A stretch of DNA of 63,982 bases, counting the filler, from Basidiobolus ranarum (Eukaryota), in the NCBI GenBank assembly GCA_040143965.1. It is 3 parts of 3 records of this genome, joined end to end, with 100 filler letters (N's around TTAATTAATTAA, not from the genome) between each part and the next. Parts side by side here need not be neighbours in the genome. Positions count along the whole stretch, not along the records: positions 47,932 to 63,982 come from JASJQH010000355.1; 2 more parts are not named here. The stretch is one strand, 5' to 3'. The position numbers and the translations under genes were made by a program. Position 1 is the first letter of the stretch, and each line of letters begins with the position of its first letter. The notes under the pieces were generated by a model that saw only the letters and a program-made list of their open reading frames with translations, was not told the DNA's origin and searched no databases. Below, in pieces: positions 52,058 to 63,982 of the stretch.

Positions 52058-53219
52058 TTCCTCGCGGAAAATAAAAAATCTCGAATATCTGATACATCGC
52101 AGAGGCTTTTATATATAATCTACCTCCAACCGATTGGTAATAAATAGTAGATATGATTGGAGGATTGTGAAGCTCCATCTCAAATCAGATGAATTTGGAA
52201 GTTGCTATTGTTTGAGACGTGGGTACAAGATCGTGTGTGAGTAAAGTATATGACATCAAACAGTGCTGTGATTGAGGTAATCGATTGGTGGAGAAGGTGC
52301 ATCTGGTGCAAGGTTTATGGTAATCACTGCTACATCCCTATCACTGGATTCGATACGAATATGAGTATGAATATGAATATTATACTTATAGTGCTGACCT
52401 AACCCTGGATAATTAATATTAGCGAAATCCACAATTTATACTATCTCTACCAGCGTCTGGCCAAGCCTTGGAAATGAAAAATCTTGATTTCGAAGAAAGG
52501 CTGGCCTTAGGTCTCGAATCATAGATTATCTCAATCCCTTATATCGGGTAAAGTAATGGGTAAATTGATAGCCTAATGCTAACAGAGTGGTTTGTATACT
52601 ATATGAAGTGTTCGAACCCTCTGAACACATCCAGCACTAGTTTCAACCTATTACGCGTTGGTTACCTGCAATTTGCTCTAAAAGGTCCCTATTCTTCTTT
52701 GATACGGAAATCACACCACTTTCATGATAGATCGCGAAAGTCGTGTACTTCATATGCCTTTAGTAGATACAGACCTATAATTGGAGAATTGTGCTATATT
52801 GAAAGTACTGCGCGGTCGAATATTACGAGATATATCCAAACAATGACTATACATATATACTTATTGTTACACGGTGACTGGTGAAGTCTAAATGCTAATA
52901 TCAAAGTAAACACTGAACACCGTTGAATAGTTGCTACGTAATCCTAGCAACAATGCGATAAGGATTACCTTGTTTCTAATATGATATAGGGCTTGGTAAT
53001 CTTGCGGCCAGTATAAAACGTCCTTTTAGATACAGCAAACTCTCTACCTCCTAACCCTAAGTTTCAGTTTTTACCAATAATCCTAACCACAAGGTGAGTC
53101 GGGAGGTTTGGGGTTAGGGTTTAACATATATCTAAATGAGAAACTATATCTTAGCATGATTGGGCGACGGCAATCAAAGTAAGAAATATCTGATACTAAG
53201 GTTTATTCAAGTACAAAAA

Positions 53220-53480
53220 CTAAGCAGTTTGAGGAGGATCCACTCTAGTGGTAGCGGCGATAACATTAGTACTGGTCACAACCGAAGGGGGGAGAGTGGT
53301 AAAAGATGTGGTAAAAGTGTAAGAAGTGACTGGAGAGAACACTGTAGTATAGATTGCTGTCACGGTGTTGGTGGCAGGATTTCCGGTAGGTAGTACACCA
53401 ATAGTGATGCTTTGTCCATTAGCTGGATGCCAAAGAACAAGACCAACGACAGCGGTGCAGATTGTGGCGATTTTGAACAT
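53220..53480 (-). CDS. Small secreted Thr-rich protein (86 aa)
   Basis: Signal peptide MFKIATICTAVVGLVLWHPANG followed by a Thr/Val/Pro-rich body; TATA-like TATATAAA upstream. Confidence 0.6.
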   Translation of the reverse strand: MFKIATICTAVVGLVLWHPANGQSITIGVLPTGNPATNTVTAIYTTVFSPVTSYTFTTSFTTLPPSVVTSTNVIAATTRVDPPQTA

Positions 53481-54619
53481 CTTGGAGTTATTTAAGAAGT
53501 ATTGGAAAGATAATTATGAAAGATGAAATGTATAGCCATTTATATACTTCTCAAGGTTGATAGTGCACTCTTGATATTACCGCCAACTGCAAGTTAAATT
53601 CTTCAGCGATTGGACTACGAAATTGATATTGTAATTAACAAATCATCACCTTGCGAAGTAAATTACTTGACATATTAGACGCCAACTTTAAACTATATCA
53701 CAGTGACGTGAATTAGTTGAGGTATCCTTCCTTTTGGCTGCAGCATTCAATTCACCCCAGCCTCAGTAGCACTTTCATAGTTCGATATTACTATATGTAT
53801 TTGCCGAGATGGGCCCAATAACGGGTATAGTGAGTATAGTGAGTGATGGAGAACAACAATAACTAGCCCATAAATTAACTTTATTAATTAATCATATTTT
53901 GAAACATATCGGTATTTTACTACATTTTTATGGGGTTATCTTGAAACTCCGATAGTTTATGGATCATTAGAAATAATAACTTAATGCTAATAAGTTTCTT
54001 GGTAAATGATTCCATATGAGCTAACTACCAACGATCACTTTTGATCTGAAGTCTGTCCTAATGCTTCGTTCATATTCATGGTATAAGAATTCAAAGTCAC
54101 CACATATTTTGAAGTCATATGGGCTGTTATCCTAATTTCTTAGCATACTCGCACTATATTCTCACTAAGGTTTTGTTAGCGTTTGAAACATTGGAATTGG
54201 ATGACCATGTTGAGTAACTGAACTATATTGCTGAATATCAACAGAGTACTTTAAAATATTTCGATTGCTCTACATTACTAGCTGCGTGGTTACCAAATAC
54301 TACAGTTAATCGGGGAGGGGATGCTATGACTTGATGTTTGTGTTTACTAGTAGATTCAAGGAAAGTATATGTTCAAGGAAAAATTATATTTCGGATATGC
54401 ATACTATCTTTGAATAGTGCTAAATTGATCTAGTAATAGTTGACATAGCTGTGAGTTGATATTCCCTCATGCTTCAATTCACTTTGTTGAAATTAGCATA
54501 GCCTAAACACCAATATAGTCATATATAGCTTAGTACTTAATAATTCCATATTGAACTAATATATCATCTCAAGGGGAATTCACTTGGAAGTTCTCGCATA
54601 TAAAGATTCTTCACAGAAG

Positions 54620-54794
54620 CCCCAAACATTGCACACATGTTCCTGGGACCTTCCTTAACATCTTCTACATGTTATTTTGTTCATGTCTTGACAAAATTAT
54701 AAATGAAAACTGAATACTCAATCAATCAATCAATAAGTGCAAACCACTAGTGCTTCTGGTTCTCTAAACCACTCCCAAGAAAATCCCAAAATAC
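54620..54794. repeat. Repeat family A, copy 3
   Basis: Aligns with 424-590 and 48642-48800. Confidence 0.8.
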
Positions 54795-57418
54795 TTCAAC
54801 ATACTTAACATATTCTTGAGAACAATACATTCTGCAGTACAGATATATCACCGTGGGGCAGAATAGTTCAAATACAAGCTTGCCACAGTTTATCTCACAA
54901 AGAGTAAAAAGGTTTACATTAGGTATTATGACATTAATCAGTAATAATTTAACATAGAGTACGCTTGCACCAACAATAGTAGTATCATAATCTTTTCTGT
55001 GCTATTAAGGTTTCCTAACATCCTAATCCTGACCAACCACAGAACTTGGTTTTTGTACTAGAAAACAATAAGCTTATTTAATTATAGCCTAATTTCCTTA
55101 TGAATTAACATAATTAAGGTCAGGTAATGCTACTTGAAAGACTTAGTTAACTAGTTCCAATAAATACAAATACCCTGTTAGAAATTAACTACCCTTGTTA
55201 GATTAAGGTTTATTAAAGAGAAACAAATTTGATCAAATAGAGTTCTCGTCGTCCTAGCAAAATTTCTGCTTTGAGCCATCGGCCTGGTTTCATTTTCAGT
55301 TTCAAATGGTTCCCACTCCGCACATGCACGCTCTGTTGCTGGCAAAATTCACTCACAGCCTTGTGACTTTGTTGGAAACCATTTGGTCATTCACATTTAG
55401 ACACTCGATCTGATCCAACACTGAATAGATCTGCATGATGAATTCAGATTTTTTAGTAGAAACACATCTTAGCATACAAAGTACTATTACTAGCTTACTG
55501 ATAATTGCCAACTCTTCGTCTTTATTTTGAGAGAGGTGTACATATATTAAAGTGCGAATGATTTGACTCGTTGAATTCCTCTGAGTGGGAGAGTCCAGGT
55601 AAACATTCAAAAATAGATTTCTGCTGAGAGCAGTGGGGTCTTTTACAACGATTACGTATTGTTGCAATTTTCAGTTTCGAACTTACCTTGACAACATAAC
55701 AAAGTGTAGTACTTATCCCATTCTATCTATGGTTCAAGATTGAATTTTGTGGCTTCTTTCATCGCGAGTCACCTACAGGTGGCTTAAAATTATAGCGTTA
55801 ATTTATTTGATGTTTAACTTTGTTACACTAGTACAACAAATATTAACATACGGAGGGTTAAAAAAGGTATGATGAGTTGAATGGGTAGCTGCTTTCAGAT
55901 TGATTGGAATTGGCATCTGGGCCATAGGACGTGATTGGGAGATATCTTTTTTACTTCACTAGGTTTATTCATACTTACCCTGCCATAGGTATATTGCTTT
56001 CATAATGAGAATCGTCACGCTAAGCCTGGTAGTTACTGTTTGTCATGTCTGAGTAATTCTTCCGCATCAACCTGCAATCAAGAATAAATTGGGGCGTGTA
56101 TATCATTCCCTTATGAATCATCAATATACAAATTACTACTGGTTTGACTTTCAAGTAACTAGCTTGATGTTAGAATCTCCCTTTTGTGCTATCATGAAGT
56201 GTAATGCTTAAATCAGTCACATGGAATTTTTTTGATCCGAGCTTCGGGTTTGGGATATTAAGATATAGTAATTAGTTCCATCAGTCTAATCCTCAACTGT
56301 TCAAATACTAAATAAAATATCGGAAATAATTTGAGAAATTCTCGCATTTTAAATGTAATGCAACTCTGGTGCTCAATGAGTATTTAGAGGTTACAAAGAA
56401 TATCATGCCAATTTACATTTTCGTATTTGCGCAATTCAGGGTCTGCAAGTAGTCTATCCACATGCATTCGTAGCTGAGTTAAATGTATACTACTCTTGCC
56501 GTTTCTTTCAATTTGCTTGAACATATCATCGAGAAAATTAGGTATTTCTCCTACCAAGCATAGATTTCTTGCTATTCTCAAATGTAACTGAGTATAGACC
56601 ATGGATCTATTTGCCCAAACATCACTACATTATCAACATAATCCGAAGTTGACGGTGGTCGAATCTTTTATCAATATTAATGTGTCGGCTGGTGAGCATC
56701 CCACTCTGGTGATGGGCCGCTACATATGGACACAAGTGGCATCATTTGTGCTAACCCAGTGAGTCCTAAAATCGAAATGAGTTTGGAGGTACTAAATAGC
56801 AGATTGGCTGTGTCTAGAATATATCACCCTCATGCCACCGTCGTACTGATGTTGGTACCACACAGCTGAAATAGGTGATTTGTACATGTCAGACAGGATT
56901 ATCAAAACCAGCCCATTGCATACGGAGCTCTTGTGGTAATTGGTCATAGTCGCTATCATCGAGACTCAAGAGAGCATAAGCAATGCCGATCGATGCTAAC
57001 AATATACCACCGTCTATTCTTCATTGGAGCTCTTCCAACCATGTGTGGAATAGCTACCAAGAGTTTAGCAAGTGAGCTATTCATTGCACCTGGGTACATA
57101 AAGTTGACATCGTTTTTATATATGAACTGGAGATTGAAGTATAGTACAGGCCATAATATTTTCATTTTTAGAATGAATAACAGGGTTGACAAGCAATGGT
57201 AATTGACGGATAATAAGAGGTAGTCATGGTAGAAATCATTGTGCTTGATTGACGATGGAGCAAGGCTACTGACGATGTATATATATATCTCACTATCTGA
57301 TTCTTGTGCAAGGTTCCACAATTCAAGGGCTATTATTTAAAGCAACTGGGGTGTATCCATCACTCATCAAAGATTTTCTATTTAAGCCAAGTGAATATTT
57401 CAAGTTGGAACCATTAAC

Positions 57419-60400
57419 ATGGCTACATATGAAAATGAACCGATTGCTGTTGTAGGTCTCGGGCTACGATTGCCTGGAGACGCTGAGAGTAGTGAAGAAT
57501 TGTGGGAGCTTCTCGTCAACCAGCATGACTGCTTGAGGGATTTAGAAAACCGATTTGGTGCTAGTGCATACTATCATCCAGATCCCAATCATAAAGGCAC
57601 TGTAGGATAATTTTGTTATTAGTAAACCTTTTTTTTATGGAATCTCACATGTATCCTTTGGTTTAGATATCTTTTCGAAAGGCCCATCTATTGGACAATG
57701 ATCCAGGTACATTTGATGCTAAATTCTTTTCTATCAATCCGCGCGAGGCAAAATCAATGGATCCACAGCAGAGATTACTGCTTGAAGTCATTTACGAAGC
57801 CGCTGAAAACGCGGGTATCACATTAGAGATGTTATCAGGGTCCAATACTGGAGTCTATACTGGTGAAAAAGTCTCTTTTGACACATTAAATGAACACTTA
57901 CTCAATAATAGCATTCTCAGGCTATCTTAACTGTGATTACTACACCATGGTCAAACGTGATTTGAGATCTATGCCGTCTTATATTGGTACTGGAAATTAC
58001 TCTAGTATTGTTTCTAACCGTGCCTCCTATGTGTACAACCTAAAAGGACCAAGTATCTCAGTCGACACTGCTTGCTATTCTAGTCTAGTGGCACTTGATA
58101 TAGCTTGCAAAGCTATCAGATCTGGCGATATCGAGATGGTAGGAGGTCCTTCTATATGTTAAAATATATTCCACATTACTGAAATCACACTAGGCTATCG
58201 TTGGTGGCACCAGTTTGATTTTGGACTTCGAGGCGTGCATGTATGTATTTCTACTTCAGTTGTTTCTAAGATTGCTTTCGAAGTATATGACTAAATCCCA
58301 TTTTCAGGGTTCTTTCTTCGTTGCAACTAGTGTCGGCAACTTCACGTTGCCATACATTTTCCTCCTTAGCTGATGGCTATTCTAGAGGAGAGGGAATTTG
58401 TTGTATGGTACTGAAACCTCTTTCAGCAGCTTTAAGAGATAATGATACTATACGGGCGTTAATTCGAGGAACAGGCAGTAACCAGGATGGACACACCGAC
58501 GGTATGATGCTTCCTTCGTCTGAAGCTCAAGAAGAGTTGATTCGAAAAGTATACTCTAGAGAAGGGATTGATCCAATGGATACTCAATATGTCGAAGCTC
58601 ATGGAACCGGAACCACAATGGGGGATTCCATAGAAATGGCTACGATTGCAAGAGTATTTGGTCGAGAAAATGAACCAAAATCGTTGTATGTTGGATCAAT
58701 TAAATCCAATATTGGCCATTTGGAAGGAGCGAGTGGAATTGCCGGAGTGATCAAGACAATCGTTAGTTTGGAAAGAGGCAAAATACCACCGCTATATAAT
58801 AGCAAAGAGCCTGTAAATCCCCTTCTCGAGATGGATAAATACGGAATTAATCTTGCACCAGAAGTTATTGACTGGCCTGATTGTAGCAATGAAAATCAGC
58901 CCAAAAGAGCGAGTGTCAATTCTTTTGGAGTGGGTGGGACCAATGCTCATGCAATCCTTGAGGAATATAGAGCTAATGACAGCTTCAAAGAAAGAGACAC
59001 AAATCGGTTTTATGCAATAGTACTTTCCGCCGGTTCTGAGCACTCAGCTAAAGCTTCTATGGAGAATTACTACAACTATTTAAAAGAAATCGAAGGTATT
59101 CAAGTGTCAGATTTGGCATATACTCTAGCAAATCGTCGTTCTCTGTTGCCATTTCGCCACATTGCAGTGGTGAAATCTCTGGAGGAATTGGTATCTATCT
59201 ACTCAAACTATACTAATGTATTATGGAAAGATGTGGTGGCTGAAGAGCCAAAAGTAGCCTTTGTATTCACGGGACAGGGAGCCCAATGGTGTAGAATGGG
59301 ATGCGATCTGATTTCCCAGTTTCCCTTAGTGAAGCGTACAATGGAAGCATGTGAAGAAGCATTGAATCGTTTAGTTGATAAGCCACAATGGTCTCTACTT
59401 GAAGAGTTGCATAAACCCGAAGAAGAGTCTCTGATTGGCCAAAGTTTCATTTCTCAGCCGCTTTGCACTGCTTTACAAATTGCATTAATCCATTTATGGA
59501 AATCATGGGGAGTTAGGCCTGTTGCAGTGATAGGTCACTCTTCTGGTGAAATAGCAGCCGCTTACTGCTCTGGGATCGTGTCATTGGAAGAGGCGATGGC
59601 AAACGCCTACTATCGAGGTGCGTTCAAGCCTACCCAAAGCGGCAAAATGATGGCTGTGGAGCTATCTCCGGAACAATGCCAACAATACAACATGAAAGAT
59701 GTATCTATTGCCGCAATCAACAGTTCAGAGAGTTTAACACTTTCGGGAGATGAGACTGCTATCAGAGCTCTCTATGAGCAAATCACTCAAGATGGATATT
59801 ATGCCAAAATCTTGCATACCGACTGTGCTTACCACTCGTGTCATATGCTTTCGGTAGCCAAATCTTATCGAGATGCGTTGGCATCTTTAAAGCAAACAGC
59901 GAAGGGCCCATCCATACCCATGATGTCTACGGTTCATCGAGAGTTTATACATAGGGCAGAAATAACTGAAGACTATTGGGTGAAGAATATGGTTAATCCT
60001 GTCCAGTTCAAGGATGCTCTCACTAGGTTAGATACCTCACTGAAGCCGGATATTTACATTGACATTGGTCCGCATTCAGCATTAAAGAGTTATGTAACTC
60101 AAATATCTCCAACAACAAAATACCTTTCCTCACTTCGTCGGATGGAATCAGGAAGTAAACATATGTTGGAAGCAGCTGGGAGTTTGCTTCTGGCTAATTA
60201 CAAGGTCAATATTGCCGCGATGAATGGTTTTGAAACTCAAGAGAATGGAGTCACTCAATATTCTCACGGTAAATGCCTCAGCAATCTTCCGAAATATGCG
60301 TGGGACCATACTACTAAGTTTTGGTACGAAAGTAGAGTTACCAAGAATATTCTATACCCAGCCTTTGCTGGGCATGAACTGCTAGGACTACCTAATCGAG

Positions 60401-63400
60401 AGGCCGATGATAAATTTTATCAATGGAGAAACTATCTGCGTATTTCGGAGATTCCGTGGTTACTTGATCATCAAATCCAAGGGAGTGTAGTTTTTCCAGC
60501 TGCAGGATACATAGTAATGGCGATAGAGGCTATTCATCAAATTTTCAAAGAACAACTAGAGGGACAGGAGCGAAAGTTCGCTTGTTTAAAGGATGTTTGT
60601 ATAAAATCTGCGTTAACTCTACAGGACATGGATGAAATTGAAATAATCTTCACTATGCACGCACTTCGCAAGGAGACCAAATCATATTCTGAACAGTGGT
60701 TCCAATTCGAGATTTCTACTTTTCAAAATAGCTCATCTGAGGAGCATTGTTGTGGGCTTATATCTCTTGAATCAGATCTTGAAATTCAGTCTCTTTCTCC
60801 TCCCCGCATGGAGGTAACTACTAAGTTGGATCCTGAGGAGCTTTATTCAGCAGTAAATAATATGGGTTTGTACCTAGGCCCGACATTTAGGCGGTTTGAA
60901 GACATACTGTGCAATGGACCTCTGGCCTCAATGCAACTTCAAAATTCCGTTGTTCCGAGTAAAGCCCTTGAAGGGGATAGCCAGAGATACATCATTCATC
61001 CCTGTGTATTGGATTCTATATTTAAATCTACATTTCCTGCTTTGATAACCAGTGAGAAATCGGATGGCATCTATGTTCCAACTCGTTGCAAGAATATCAC
61101 TATTGACTTGCAAATCAACAGCGCCTCCAACATCCATATCTGTACACAAATGAGTTCTTTTGGACGCAGAAAAATGTCCGCAAATCTACAACTGTTTGCA
61201 GATAGAGAAGACGTTGAATCTCCACTTTTGTATGCTGAAGGGGTTGAATACACAAAGCTAGACAATATTTTACCTGACGGAAATCAATCGCAAGGGCCGC
61301 CCGTCATTCATAGAGTTGTGTATGAGCCTGACATGGATAAACTCAATCCAGACCAGGCTGCTTCTTATTTCAGCTCATATTTACCTGAAACTCAACAGAT
61401 AGATGCCTTAATGGATCAGGTATTTTTATGTTACATACAGCTCGCCTTGATGGATTTACTTCCAAATTCTATCCCAGAAATGCCGGATCATCTGCGCCAT
61501 TTGTGGGCTTGGATGCAGCAATTCCGACTTGGACCCGAGGCTGACCGACAGAAGTTAACGGACGATCTCAATCGCTTGTCCCAGGAAATGATTTCCAGAG
61601 AGCCTGGAATGCAGATTGTCCTCGCAATAGGCTGCAACTTGGTTGACATTCTTAGGAGTAACAAGGACCCACTGACTTTAATGACCGAAAATGGCCTACT
61701 GGAAAAATTCTACCGAGCAATTGATAAAAGATTCAGCATCCCCCTGGGTAAAATTATGGCAACATTGGCGCATAAGTATCCCTATATGAACGTGTTGGAA
61801 ATAGGCGCGGGTACCGGGGGAGCAACCAGAAATGCTTTATTGGGCCTTGAAAGTTTAGGAAATGTAAATTGCATCCAATCCTATACATTTACCGATATCT
61901 CCAAAGGATTTTTCGAAAATGCTAAAGAAAAGTTTGAAAAGTACTCCAATTTCATGTCTTACAAGGCTCTAAATATAGAGCAAGACCCAATCCAACAGGT
62001 AAATTCTAGTTCAATCCTAAAATGCACCTGTTCATTACATCAATTAAGCTTTATCGCACCTTGTAGGGTTTTCGTGAAGGATACTATGATCTGATCATCG
62101 CATCTAATGTCCTCCACGCAACTGAGAGTATCTCAAAGACATTGCAAAATACTCGCAAGCTTCTTCGACCGGGAGGTTATTTACTATTGAGTGAAGTTAC
62201 CAGACGTAAGGAATATTCCTTTCTTTCCTGTATTCTGATATTAATATTTGAGCTTCATAGCTTGGAGTACCATAACTATGATAATGGGAACATTGCCAGG
62301 ATGGTGGTTTGGCATTAACGACAACCGAACAATGGGCCCATTACTATCGGAAGAGCAATGGTGTCAGGCATTGCGTCAAAATGGATTTTCTGGTATAACT
62401 ACCTGCATTAGAGACAGCCCCAATCCAGAGGATAAAGGATTGTCTATTTTAATTGAACGAGCAGTTGACCCACAGGAAGCGAGCGTGGCACCTTGGAAGT
62501 TCTATCAAAATCATGGCTTTCCACCAATCGATAAATCTTCAAAGTTGTGGATTTATCTTCCGGATAGTGAGGCTCCGGAGATCGAGGATATTGCACGTAG
62601 TATTCAAGAGTCGATTTCGTCATCGTTGGGTTTTTCTTCAGTAGAAATTTTGCCATTGTTACAAAGTAGCACTCGAAGCGACAAAGGATGTGACTCTAAA
62701 CACGACTATGCAATTATTCTAAGTGAATTGAAAAGCGAAATCCTCTTCAATTGTCACTCTGAGACACTGCTAGTACTTTAATCACTCATGGAAACTACTA
62801 ACAATATTTTGTGGGTAACTAAGGGAGCAATGATGAACTCGCCACATCCAGATCGAGCTCTAATTTGCGGAATGGCTAGAACTATTAGATCCGAGAATCC
62901 AGGGATATGTCTGCAATTACTCGACCTCGAAGATCAGTGTGCAAATGAAGAACCTTTGGTATGTGCAAGATACATTTCTGAGAGCTTTGTACATATGATT
63001 GTTCAAAGTTCCAATGGTAAAGGGTTGAAAAGTATTGAGGAAGAAATATCCATCCGAAATAGCTTCTACTTCATCCCGAGATACACAGTAGGAAAGGAGG
63101 CAATCAACTTTGGCATGGGACAGGCTTCTACAGCATTGGAAGATACAGTTGCTCCATTATATCAGCCTAACAGAGTCCTTAAGCTGGAAATCGAATCTAT
63201 AGGGCTATTGGACACGCTTTCGTTTCAATCATGTCCTATGATGGACGATGATATTCCAGATGACATGGTTGACATCGAGGTGAAAGCTGTAGGGATCAAT
63301 TCTCGTGATGTTGCAGTCTGTATGGGAATTATCGACGAAAATGAAATCGGAGCTGAATGCGCCGGTGTGGTAACAAAGATCGGAAGAGGAAGTTCGAACC

Positions 63401-63908
63401 AATTTCATATTGGTCAGCGCGTCTTCGCAGTAGAGCCTGGCTGCTTCTCAACCTTCATCCGTGCACATAAGCATAAAGTGTACCCAATGCCTGAAGACAT
63501 GACCTTTGAGGTATTGCCCAGACTACATGGAGAAATTAACCATTCAAAGGCTAAACATCCCCGCATATATTTAGGATGCCGCGACGATCATGACCATATA
63601 TAGCACCGCCTACTACTCTCTGATGCATATAGCTCAAATCAAGCCGAACCAGGTAAGTGAAAGATTCAAAGAACTTCATGCAACCCATGTTTAACAAAAG
63701 TTGAAATAGACCGTTTTGATTCATTCCGCTTCTGCAGGTTTTGGACAGGCTGCAATCCAAATTTGCAAATGGATAGGATGCCAGGTATGTGAACTCCATT
63801 GCTTAATATCTTGGCTCAGGCTAACACCTCCAAAAGATCTATGCTACCATAGATAACGATGAGAAGGCCGATTTCCTCGTGCTAGCATATGGTTTAGCCA
63901 AGGGTTAG
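57419..63908 (+). pseudogene. Highly reducing iterative type I PKS (KS-AT-DH-cMT-psiKR-ER; KR/ACP not in window), likely disrupted
   Basis: [75 protein letters not shown]. c[46 protein letters not shown]. In-frame TAA at 62779-62781. Domain call is high confidence; pseudogene status is moderate. Confidence 0.8.
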
Positions 63909-63922
63909 GGGTAGGGTTAGGG
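63901..63922 (+). repeat. Telomere-like tract AGGG-TTAGGG-GTAGGG-TTAGGG
   Basis: Perfect 6-nt period with one variant unit; four G3 runs (G-quadruplex-capable). Confidence 0.75.
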
Positions 63923-63982
63923 GGGATGAAAAGCACCAGATGGTGTAGACTTTATTTAGCTTAAATACTAATCTAAACAAAG
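63918..63982. repeat. Repeat family B terminus, copy 2, running off the window end
   Basis: 64/65 identical to 23848-23912. Confidence 0.9.

Noticed and set aside
1-63982. tRNA, rRNA, CRISPR arrays, intact transposase or RT ORFs
   Set aside because: GTTCRA-like hits (e.g. ~3632, ~44570, ~52612) lack cloverleaf context; no regularly spaced repeats or TE ORFs seen by eye

Overview
AT-rich, intron-rich fungal genomic DNA. Gene content and protein style suggest an early-diverging, Basidiobolus/Zoopagomycota-like fungus, which is an inference and not shown. The window is three contigs joined by artificial 100-bp spacers (44N-TTAATTAATTAA-44N at 23956-24055 and 47832-47931), so adjacency across the spacers is not biological. 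Contig 1 (1-23955) carries an Inn1/Fic1-like C2 protein, RAX1, NDUFA11, OSH3, RPS16 and a homeobox TF. Contig 2 (24056-47831) carries VPS13 (3'-truncated), a Pho80/Pcl-type cyclin, RPS10, ribokinase, RPL35, a GPI-type wall protein, a 7TM GPCR, seipin and ADA2 (3'-truncated). Contig 3 (47932-63982) is gene-poor and decay-rich: CpG-depleted repeat relics, a cAMP-receptor-like GPCR with an apparent frameshift, a small secreted Thr-rich protein, and a highly reducing PKS (KS-AT-DH-cMT-ER...). The PKS has an in-frame TAA and altered motifs, and runs into a telomere-like AGGG(TTAGGG)3-type tract fused to a repeat that also ends contig 1. The best leads are this telomere-tract/repeat junction, the PKS itself, two dispersed repeat families, a structured element at ~23.65 kb and motifs shared by the three ribosomal-protein promoters.
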